The position numbers and the translations under genes were made by a program. A stretch of DNA of 32,000 nucleotides from Candidatus Methylomirabilis limnetica (GTDB lineage: Bacteria; Methylomirabilota; Methylomirabilia; Methylomirabilales; Methylomirabilaceae), in assembly GCF_003044035.1 (NCBI RefSeq), contig NZ_NVQC01000036.1, positions 30,001-62,000 on the forward strand, written 5' to 3'. Below are positions 18,894 through 25,793 of the stretch, piece after piece. The notes under the pieces were generated by a model, which was given only the letters and a program-made list of their open reading frames with translations, was not told where the DNA came from and ran no database searches. Position 1 is the first letter of the stretch. The number at the start of each line of letters is the position of its first letter.

Positions 18894-21728
18894 TCAGGCA
18901 GGTCGCAAAAGATGCTCGATTCGTTCCAGGTGCTGAAGTAGTTTGGTCCTGGTATCCATGAGCCGGGCATGCGCTTCCCGCTCCTTGGTCACCACCTCCT
19001 CCGGCGCCTTCAATAGAAAGTCGGGGTTGTTCAATTTCTTGTCCACCTTTGCACGCTCCTGCTCCACCTTTTCCAGCTCCCGCTGCAGCTTTTGCTGCCG
19101 GGCTGCAAAGACCGACAGATCGTCCGCCGGCAGATGCACCTCAATACCGCCTACCAAGGCCACCGCAGCCGGTGAAGGTCGATCCAGGTGCTGGCCGGAG
19201 GTGACGTGCTCCGCACGCGTAAGCGCGGCGAGGTACGGCATTACCGCGTCTATCGCCCTGTCGTCATTGTCAGAAGAGGTTCGGAGCACAAGCCGGATCG
19301 ACTTGTGAGAAGGGATCTCCAGGTCCGAGCGAAGGTCGCGCGTCGCCCGCGTCAAATCCATCAAGAGACCCATCGATCTTTCCGCATTCGCATCCTGCCA
19401 TCCAGAGTCCGCTGTGGGCCACTCGGCAACCATCAAGCTGGTCCCATGGTGCGGCAGATGATGCCAAATCTCTTCGGTAATAAACGGCATAAACGGATGC
19501 AGCAGGCGTAATACGGTATCCAGTCCCAGGCACAGCAGGGCAACCCCGGTGGTTCGACAAGGCTCACCACAGGCCTGCTGCTGCTCCAGGCTTGCATTCG
19601 AGGAAAGGCGGGCCTTGACGATCTCTACATACCAGTCGCAGTACTCGTGCCAGACGAACTGGTAGAGCGCCGAAGCGGCCTCATTGAATCGGTACTCTTC
19701 CAACGCTTTTGTGACCGACCCGATGAGTTCGTGCAAGCGGCTCAGCAGCCACCGGTCGGCCAGATCGAGGGAGAGGGAGCTTACGGGAGGAAGGGAACCT
19801 TCCAGGAGCGGCAGGTGCCGGGCGAGAAACTGATTGGCGTTCCACAGCTTATTGCAAAAATGGCGATACCCCTCGATCCGCTCCTCCGAGAGCCGGATGT
19901 CACGACCTTGTGCGGCAAGCGCGGCCAGGGTGAATCGGAACGCATCGGCGCCATATTTGTCGATGATATCGAGGGGGTCGATCACATTCCCCTTCGACTT
20001 TGACATCTTCTGCCCTTCAGCATCGCGCACCAGGGCATGAATATAGACCTCCCTGAACGGGACATCCCCCCTGAACTTGAGTCCCATCATCATCATCCTG
20101 GCGACCCAGAAGAAGATGATGTCAAAGCTGGTAACCAGGGTCGCGGTGGGATAGAAGCGTGTGAGCAGATTGCTCTGCTTTGGCCATCCCATCGTAGAGA
20201 AGGGCCAGAGGGCCGACGAGAACCAGGTATCGAGCACATCGGGATCTCTAACCAGCGCGTGCGCGCCGCATCGAGGGCAGGCCGTCGGCTCCGGCGAGGC
20301 CACAATCGGTTGGGCGTCGCGGTGGATCCTGAGCACCTCCTCCCCCTCGGTGGTCGTGCCCGTCCCAGCCGCTCTTCCTGCGAACAGGATATTGTCCCCG
20401 TCGCACCGCCGACAGTACCAGACCGGGATCTGGTGTCCCCACCACAGTTGGCGCGAGATGCACCAGTCCTTGAGATTCCGCATCCAGGCAAAGTAGGTGT
20501 TCTCCCAATGCTCCGGGACAAACCTGGTCCTTCCCTCCTCCACCGCCAGGATGGCCGGCTCTGCCAGCGGTTTCACGCTCACGAACCATTGCGTCGAGAG
20601 GAATGGCTCCACCACCGTCCTGCACCGGTAGCACTTTCCAACCGCATGCAGGTGGTCTTCGACCTTCACGAGCAAGCCCCGCTCCTGCAGCCAGCGCACC
20701 ACGATCTCGCGAGCCCGCCCCACCTCGACGCCCTTGATTTCGTGATAGAGGGCAGGATCTATCTGTGCCTCATCCGCGCAGCCCGATATTCTTCCTGTTT
20801 CATCGAGGAGCGCGATCCGCGGCAGTTGGTGTCGCTCCCCTGCCTCGAAGTCGTTAAAGTCGTGTGCCGGGGTGATCTTCACAGCACCGGTACCAAACTC
20901 CCGATCCACAAGGACCGGATCGCCCACCACGGGAATGGTTCGCCCGGTCAGCGGGAGCCTCACCTGACAGCCAATCAATCGATTGTACCGCGGGTCGTCC
21001 GGGTGAACGGCGACGGCGGTGTCTCCCAGCATCGTCTCAGGCCGAGTGGTTGCTACGGTGAGGGTTGTCGCAGGATCATCCACTAGCGGATAGGCAATGT
21101 GATAGAGAAAGCCTTTTGTGTCTTCGTGCTCCACCTCGATATCTGAGAGCGCGGTCCGGCAGCGGGGACACCAGTTGATCAGCCGCTCGCCTCGGTAGAT
21201 CAGCCCCTCGTCGTACAACCGCACGAACACCTCACGGACCGCCTGCTGGCGATCTTCGTCCATGGTGAAACATTCCCGTTCCCAGTCGCAGGACACACCC
21301 AGTCGCTTGAGCTGGCGGATGATGGTCCCGCCGGATTCCGCCTTCCACCGCCAAACACGGTCCACGAACCCAGTGCGGCCAAGATCCTCTCGCCCACGCC
21401 CCTCTTCCTGGAGCTGTCGCTCAACGACGTTTTGGGTCGCGATGCCCGCATGGTCGGTGCCAGGTATCCAGAGGGCGTTATACCCTTGCATCCGTCGCCA
21501 TCGTATCAGGATATCCTGGAGGGTATTATTCATGGCGTGGCCGATATGTAAGAAGCCGGTGATATTGGGCGGGGGCATTACAATGGCAAACGGCGGCTTC
21601 GGCAAGGACTCATCGACCTTGCTGTAGCCAGCCTCCTCCCAGACTTTAGCCCAGTGCTCTTCAATCCCGTGCGGATCGTATCCGGCTTTCTTCACGCGTG
21701 GCATCTCAGGTTCTGTCATCAATTCCAC
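18894..21728 (-). CDS. valS: Valyl-tRNA synthetase
   Basis: About 941-944 aa. HIGH region PNITGFLHIGHAMN, the KMSKS motif and a C-terminal coiled coil. The likely start is ATG 21719 (AAGGGGTGG upstream) rather than GTG 21728. Confidence 0.96.
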   Translation of the reverse strand: MELMTEPEMPRVKKAGYDPHGIEEHWAKVWEEAGYSKVDESLPKPPFAIVMPPPNITGFLHIGHAMNNTLQDILIRWRRMQGYNALWIPGTDHAGIATQNVVERQLQEEGRGREDLGRTGFVDRVWRWKAESGGTIIRQLKRLGVSCDWERECFTMDEDRQQAVREVFVRLYDEGLIYRGERLINWCPRCRTALSDIEVEHEDTKGFLYHIAYPLVDDPATTLTVATTRPETMLGDTAVAVHPDDPRYNRLIGCQVRLPLTGRTIPVVGDPVLVDREFGTGAVKITPAHDFNDFEAGERHQLPRIALLDETGRISGCADEAQIDPALYHEIKGVEVGRAREIVVRWLQERGLLVKVEDHLHAVGKCYRCRTVVEPFLSTQWFVSVKPLAEPAILAVEEGRTRFVPEHWENTYFAWMRNLKDWCISRQLWWGHQIPVWYCRRCDGDNILFAGRAAGTGTTTEGEEVLRIHRDAQPIVASPEPTACPRCGAHALVRDPDVLDTWFSSALWPFSTMGWPKQSNLLTRFYPTATLVTSFDIIFFWVARMMMMGLKFRGDVPFREVYIHALVRDAEGQKMSKSKGNVIDPLDIIDKYGADAFRFTLAALAAQGRDIRLSEERIEGYRHFCNKLWNANQFLARHLPLLEGSLPPVSSLSLDLADRWLLSRLHELIGSVTKALEEYRFNEAASALYQFVWHEYCDWYVEIVKARLSSNASLEQQQACGEPCRTTGVALLCLGLDTVLRLLHPFMPFITEEIWHHLPHHGTSLMVAEWPTADSGWQDANAERSMGLLMDLTRATRDLRSDLEIPSHKSIRLVLRTSSDNDDRAIDAVMPYLAALTRAEHVTSGQHLDRPSPAAVALVGGIEVHLPADDLSVFAARQQKLQRELEKVEQERAKVDKKLNNPDFLLKAPEEVVTKEREAHARLMDTRTKLLQHLERIEHLLRPA

Positions 21729-21784
21729 CCCTTAACGGGAAGTTTTACTCCAGCGCAGTGTCCCAGAAATCTCTTTGCTCTGAT

Positions 21785-21905
21785 TGTCATTCCGGACTTG
21801 ATAAGCCTGCCCCGTGCTTGATACGGGGGAATCCAGTCGTTCCATGCTGGATTCCCGCTCCCGGCTTACAACGTACCGGGACGGGCTTCGCGGGAATACC
21901 CCATG
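21785..21905 (+). repeat. Family-A element, divergent variant (copy 4)
   Basis: The first half matches family A (tgtcattccg.acttga...gcctgccccgtgcttgatacgggggaatccagtcg). The second half is a different hairpin set. Confidence 0.6.
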
Positions 21906-21954
21906 CGCCTGCGGCACGCCAATGCGCATGAAAGCCCGGACCCCTCACCCCCCA

Positions 21955-22075
21955 CCTGTATCCTCCCCCTCAAGGGGGGAGGAGGTCGCGTGAGGTGTCC
22001 CTTCCCTTCAAGGGGGAGGAATCTACGCAGGCTGTCCCTTCCCCCCAGGTGGGGGAAGGTGAGGATGGGGGGGAC
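21955..22075. repeat. Cluster of C5/G5 hairpins
   Basis: Three consecutive hairpins: cctccccctcaaggggggagg, cccttcccttcaagggggagg and cccttccccccaggtgggggaagg. The style matches the MITE-internal and 24530-24585 hairpins. Confidence 0.6.
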
Positions 22076-22104
22076 TTTCTGGGCAATGACGGCCCCGAAA
22101 TCAC

Positions 22105-22134
22105 TGTAAAGAAGCATTGGGGGCACTACACTAC
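22105..22134 (-). repeat. 30-bp inverted-repeat partner of 24795-24824 (variant REP terminus)
   Basis: The reverse complement gtagtgtagtgcccccaatgcttctttaca matches gtagtgtagtgtccccaacgcttctttaca at 24795-24824 in 28/30 positions. Confidence 0.8.
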
Positions 22135-22217
22135 CAGTCGAACTACAGATCGCTCCTCATCGTCGAGTCGGATATTAACAAAAATGGCGCGCGACAAGCA
22201 ACCAGTGCGTTGGGTCG

Positions 22218-22517
22218 CTACCCGACAACCGTATACCGGCGGATGTCTGGATCGGCAACGGTCAGCTCCGGCAACCTGGAACGAGCGTTTCTTAGATGTG
22301 CCGACTGCAAGTGCGCATCAAGATCTGCCCCGCTGCTCCACTCTTCTACAAACGTGAAATCTGTCGGATCGGTCGTGTTCTGGAGCAATTCGTAGGTCAC
22401 GCACCCCGGCTCCCTGCGCGTGGGCTCGATCAGGCCCCGTAGCAACGTCCGAAGCTCGTCTTCCTTTCCGGAACGCGCCACGATGCGCGCAACCACTTGC
22501 ACAGCTTGTTCCAGCAT
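22218..22517 (-). CDS. Antibiotic-biosynthesis-monooxygenase (ABM) domain protein, YgiN-like
   Basis: 99 aa from ATG 22517 (GGAAGGAG 8 nt upstream). ABM-like pattern ...GCVTYELLQNTTDPTDFTFVEEWSSGADLDAHLQSAH.... Confidence 0.75.
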   Translation of the reverse strand: MLEQAVQVVARIVARSGKEDELRTLLRGLIEPTRREPGCVTYELLQNTTDPTDFTFVEEWSSGADLDAHLQSAHLRNARSRLPELTVADPDIRRYTVVG

Positions 22518-22615
22518 TGCAAACACTCCTTCCTCAACTGACCTCACGCCTGCTCTATCTGACGACCAATGTCACCTACATTGCCGGTCTATTCTGTCCC
22601 TGATGTTCCCGGTTG

Positions 22616-22892
22616 CTACAAGTATAGTTGGGACAGCAACTTTTCATAATCTCCGTGTGAGCCAATCCAAAACCATACGACTTCGTTCCCAGCTCTCTGG
22701 CCTACAACACGATAGCCCTTGCTTACACGAGCCGAGTTGATTGGAATACTCGGGTGTACCTGCTTGAAACGTAAGCTTGGATGCCAGTGATCCTACTTGA
22801 ATTGCCGGTAGCTCTCTCGCGCCTGATTCTGAATCTGTTTTGGTAATGTCGTGAATGCCTTGCGGAAGCTAGCTGTTGTTTTTGGACCTCAT
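22616..22892 (-). pseudogene. RelE/ParE-superfamily toxin pseudogene (frameshift near the start plus an in-frame TAG)
   Basis: ATG 22892 overlaps the antitoxin stop (ATGA) but reads MRSKNNS*. The neighbouring frame reads SFRKAFTTLPKQIQNQARESYRQFK*DHWHPSLRFKQVHPSIPINSARVSKGYRVVGQRAGNEVVWFWIGSHGDYEKLLSQLYL*, with TAG at 22793-22795. Confidence 0.75.
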
Positions 22893-23107
22893 GGGGCGTC
22901 AGGATCGAGTTCTTCGGTTTTACCTGCCCTATCTTCCGCCATTGCCTCTTGTGCGAGCTTGGCGAGTGCATCCTGAGAGCGAGCAAATGCTTTTTCCCAA
23001 CGTGCCTCGTCCTCAAGCTCTTCAAGTATAAGGGCAGCAATAGCGTCCTGCTCGAGGTCAGGTAACTTTCTTACCTTTTCTACTGCACGCTCAAGAAGCT
23101 TAGTCAT
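22889..23107 (-). CDS. Type II antitoxin (partner of the RelE/ParE-like toxin)
   Basis: 72 aa from ATG 23107 (GGGGTGA upstream): MTKLLERAVEKVRKLPDLEQDAIAALILEELEDEARWEKAFARSQDALAKLAQEAMAEDRAGKTEELD. It sits immediately upstream of the toxin remnant. Confidence 0.7.
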   Translation of the reverse strand: MTKLLERAVEKVRKLPDLEQDAIAALILEELEDEARWEKAFARSQDALAKLAQEAMAEDRAGKTEELDPDAP

Positions 23108-23533
23108 CGTATCACCCCTTCCCAAAACTTTTACGCCGCACCCTCTTCTTATAGGATATTCCGCGCGTATTAGTATTTTCGCATGTCTTCGGCCTAACGG
23201 GGCTGTTGGTCAGGGGCAGGCGGACGCGCGAGCGTGCTCGCGTGGAAGACTGTCCGCTGCAGCCGCGTGATGGCCGGCACGAAGCGGCCGCGCCATCTTA
23301 TTGATGATGCAGATCAGCATATCCTGCCCTAGAAACCTCCAGCAACTGCGGCGATTCTCTCGCCTTTTCAATGACTTGTCAAGGTTCACCGGGACCGCGC
23401 CTCCGGTCGATCGGCGAGGCAATAGACATCGCACCTACCCCATTTTAAGAGTGAGTACATATTGCCAACAGACCTACCATCCGCGCCGTTTTTCCCTTGT
23501 CTTCTCAACAATCCATCTGTATGCTTTTCAATA

Positions 23534-23545
23534 TAGACTAGTCTA
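23534..23545. promoter_or_regulatory. Perfect 12-bp palindrome TAGACTAGTCTA upstream of vapB (candidate operator)
   Basis: Lies 25 nt before the vapB ATG, just after a possible TTGTCT-17 nt-TATGCT promoter. Type II TA operons are commonly autoregulated at such palindromes. Confidence 0.4.
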
Positions 23546-23569
23546 AGACCAGTATGACTGGAGGCATTC

Positions 23570-23809
23570 ATGAAAAGTATCGGAGCGTATGAGGCGAAAA
23601 CGCATCTGCCTGAGCTGTTAGCGCGTGTCGCCAAAGGAGAGAAGATCACGATCACCAAATACGGCGTCCCGGTCGCTACATTGCAGCCTGCGGATGCCGC
23701 GAAGAAGACCCCCGTGCGGGAGATCATCGACCAGATGAAGCGATTTCGCAGCGGCCACCACCTCGGCGGACTATCGGTTCGCGACATGATCGAGGAAGGC
23801 AGACGTTGA
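23570..23809 (+). CDS. vapB: Phd/YefM-type antitoxin of the vapBC module
   Basis: 79 aa, MKSIGAYEAKTHLPELLARVAKGEKITITKYGVPVATLQP.... SD TGGAGG. Its stop overlaps the vapC start (TTGATG). Confidence 0.85.
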   Translation: MKSIGAYEAKTHLPELLARVAKGEKITITKYGVPVATLQPADAAKKTPVREIIDQMKRFRSGHHLGGLSVRDMIEEGRR

Positions 23810-24243
23810 TGCCCACGCGATTCGTCGTCGATACCTCAGTCGTCATGGCGTGGTGTTTTCGCGATGCCGGAAACCGCTACGCTGATGCTGTCCTTGAGAG
23901 CCTCGAAACCGGCGAGGCCCTCGTTCATGCCATCTGGCCCCTTGAAGTCGGTAATGTCCTGCTTGTAGCGGAGCGCAAGAAACGTCTCAGTGAGGCGTCA
24001 CTGGTTCGCTTTCTTGCCCTGCTTCGTAATCTGCCAATTACAGTCGAACAGGAGACCCCTGATCGAATGCTAACGGAAATCGTCTCACTGGCGCGGACAC
24101 ATCATCTTTCAACCTATGACGCATCCTATCTCGATCTCGCCATGAGGCTGGGACTACCAATCGCCACACAGGACGCCCTTTTGGCCAAAGCCGCAAAGAC
24201 CTGCCGAGTCCCCGCCTTCGATCCGGCATCCGCCCAAGGGTAA
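23809..24243 (+). CDS. vapC: PIN-domain ribonuclease toxin VapC
   Basis: 144 aa. Acidic PIN residues sit in FVVDTSVVMAW, ...WPLEVGN..., ...YDASYLDLA... and ...IATQD. Confidence 0.88.
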   Translation: MPTRFVVDTSVVMAWCFRDAGNRYADAVLESLETGEALVHAIWPLEVGNVLLVAERKKRLSEASLVRFLALLRNLPITVEQETPDRMLTEIVSLARTHHLSTYDASYLDLAMRLGLPIATQDALLAKAAKTCRVPAFDPASAQG

Positions 24244-24312
24244 CCCTGAAGGCGCCACATCAGCCGTTTTGGACAAATAGGTACGTAGGCAGGTGGTAGG
24301 ACCTCCGCGAGA

Positions 24313-24374
24313 CTCACCTTTTCTCTTCCACAAACGTAAAATCTGTCGGATCGGCCGTGTTCTGGAGCAATTCG
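24313..24374 (-). pseudogene. 5'-truncated fragment of a second ABM monooxygenase gene
   Basis: About 94% identical to 22341-22392. It reads ELLQNTADPTDFTFVEEKR* on the minus strand and abuts the REP terminus at 24379. Confidence 0.7.
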
Positions 24375-24378
24375 GGAT

Positions 24379-24824
24379 ATAGGGACAGACACTATTTATT
24401 GAAATCCTTTCTTGGTCTTCCCATCTGCTACACGTGTATTACTCATCCAGCTTCCTGCGTACCTCCCAGATGAACCCGTCTCTTCGCAGTGGTTCTTTCG
24501 GGTGTTCCGTGGGTACCCTGGCCTTCCAGCATCCCCTCCCCCCTCGAGGGGGAGGAACACAGCTACCCTCTTCCCCGGAAGGGATATTGAGATCCCTCGT
24601 ACCCACGCTAATGCCGGAAGAACCTTTGCAGTGGCTGCTCTGTCATCGTGCGCATTCGTATCGCTGTCGTCCCGAAAGACCGCCTGGCGATCATTCCCTC
24701 GTTGCCTCACATGATACGGGTGGCCGGGTACAACAGCTCGGGTAATCCGTGGCATGCATGATCATTGCAGCGAACACCACGAATTGTCACGATAGTAGTG
24801 TAGTGTCCCCAACGCTTCTTTACA
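24379..24824 (-). mobile_element. Internally deleted Y1 (RAYT/IS200-like) transposase remnant flanked by inverted REP termini, copy 1
   Basis: Left terminus is ATAGGGACAGACACT. The minus strand encodes MPRITRAVVPGHPYHVRQRGNDRQAVF (HUH-type N-terminus), after which homology is lost. The right terminus is degenerate (tagtgtagtgtcccc). It aligns with 30316-30606 apart from a 142-bp insertion. Confidence 0.75.
24493..24634. mobile_element. Nested 142-bp MITE-like insertion within RAYT remnant copy 1
   Basis: Absent from copy 2. Bounded by direct repeats TCGCAGTGG (24484-24492) and TTGCAGTGG (24626-24634). Has imperfect ~24-bp terminal inverted repeats (ttctttcgggtgttccgtgggtac / gtacccacgctaatgccggaagaa) and internal C5/G5 hairpins. 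Confidence 0.7.
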
Positions 24825-24835
24825 TATCCCGTTTG

Positions 24836-24935
24836 CCCTGAGCTCGTCGAAGGGTCAAGTATTTCAATAGGTTCCGTTCATGGTTCGACAAGCCTGTGGT
24901 GAGCCTGTCGAACTGCTCACCACGAACGGACTGTA
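24836..24935 (+). repeat. Structured intergenic element of the 'MVRQAHHE...TTNG' type (single copy in this window)
   Basis: ccctgagctcgtcgaaggg...ttcatggttcgacaagcctgtggtgagcctgtcgaactgctcaccacgaacgg with a gtggtgagc/gctcaccac stem. It resembles a repeat family widely seen in metagenomic genomes; this is recalled, not checked. Confidence 0.4.
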
Positions 24936-24945
24936 AAGACTTCAC

Positions 24946-24977
24946 AGGGACAGTACGCTAGCGTCTGTCCCTATTTT
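24946..24977. repeat. REP doublet (REPIN-like palindrome) plus A/T tail
   Basis: agggacag-t-acgctagcgt-ctgtccct is a near-perfect 27-nt palindrome, followed by atttt. It shares the GGGACAG core of the RAYT-remnant termini. Confidence 0.75.
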
Positions 24978-25054
24978 CTTGGAATGAGAGTGGGACGCAG
25001 AGCTCGGCGCCGTGTCTCCGAAAACTTAGTCGAGACGAAACCTCTTCGCGCTCG

Positions 25055-25786
25055 TCAGCGAGAGGCGGACTGATCGGTCCGGAGCAATACCCGCTTGCCC
25101 TGGTAGCTCACGTAGACTCCGTCGGACGTGATGCTCTCGATCACGAGGTTGGCGTCGATCCGCTGGCCTTCGACGTACTTTTGGTTGTTGATGAAGACCC
25201 GGCGCTCCGCGGGGACCTCGGAATAGACGTGAACCTGGAGGCGCAGATTCGCGAAGACCTCCTGAGGTACCGGCAATTCTTGAGACGCCGGCGGTGTTGC
25301 CGGGTCTCGCTCCAGAGGCTTCACGGGAGCCGAGGCCACTGCAGGAGCCGGGGACTTCTCCGGCGCGGTCTCAGGCGTCGGAGGCGCGGCGGACCTCGGG
25401 GCAGCCGCTCCGGCGGATGTCACGTGCGCCGGCTTCGTCGCGGCCCGCGAGGCCGCGTCAGGATTTTGCTCCAGCCGCGACAGGGGCACGGAGGGCGCGC
25501 TCCTCGTTGCAGAGGGTGGGACTTGCTCCGGCGCCGCCGGTGCCGGGGATGTCGCGGGCGCCCGAGTCACGCTCACCAGAGCTCCGTCGGGGACGGAGGG
25601 CGCCGGGCGCAGCAGCCACAGCAAGACGCCCACGTTCACGACGATCACCACACCGGCGATCCACGGCCAGAGGAGCCGGTGCCGTGAAGGAGGCGCCGGC
25701 GTCCGGTGGACGGTTGCCGGTGTGGGAACGGCCACCGGGTGTCGATCCCGGTCGGCCTTCTTCAATGCGTCGAGGATGTAGGACAT
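25055..25786 (-). CDS. gspB: GspB/ExeB-like protein
   Basis: 243 aa. Hallmark N-terminus MSYILDALKKADRDR, one TM segment, a Pro/Ala-rich linker, and a C-terminal ...RVFINNQKYVEGQRIDANLVIESITSDGVYVSYQGKRVLL domain. Confidence 0.8.
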   Translation of the reverse strand: MSYILDALKKADRDRHPVAVPTPATVHRTPAPPSRHRLLWPWIAGVVIVVNVGVLLWLLRPAPSVPDGALVSVTRAPATSPAPAAPEQVPPSATRSAPSVPLSRLEQNPDAASRAATKPAHVTSAGAAAPRSAAPPTPETAPEKSPAPAVASAPVKPLERDPATPPASQELPVPQEVFANLRLQVHVYSEVPAERRVFINNQKYVEGQRIDANLVIESITSDGVYVSYQGKRVLLRTDQSASR

Positions 25787-25793
25787 GTGCGGC

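Noticed and set aside
20037-21086. 349-aa plus-strand ORF
   Set aside because: It lies entirely antisense to valS, which has unambiguous HIGH/KMSKS motifs. Its Arg/Pro/Gly-rich low-complexity composition is typical of antisense frames in GC-rich DNA.
21955-22075. Possible CRISPR-like array from repeated C5/G5 hairpins (also checked for family-F units)
   Set aside because: The repeats are not identical, are not regularly spaced by unique spacers, and no cas genes are present. They are palindromic REP-like units.
22593-22637. CTGTCCC...GGGACAG inverted 7-mers near the toxin pseudogene 3' end as another REP doublet
   Set aside because: Only the 7-8 nt core matches, with a 30-nt spacer and partial overlap with coding sequence. 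This could easily be chance.
22723-23040. 105-aa minus-strand ORF overlapping the antitoxin and toxin remnant
   Set aside because: It is in the wrong frame relative to both recognisable TA reading frames and has a basic low-complexity sequence.
23210-23300. Peptide MARPLRAGHH..., reminiscent of the MARPLR N-terminus of some Y1 transposases
   Set aside because: The similarity is limited to 6 residues. No HUH-like continuation appears in any frame, and there are no REP termini nearby.
23386-23787. 133-aa minus-strand ORF
   Set aside because: Antisense to vapB, which has a clear Phd/YefM N-terminus and an SD.
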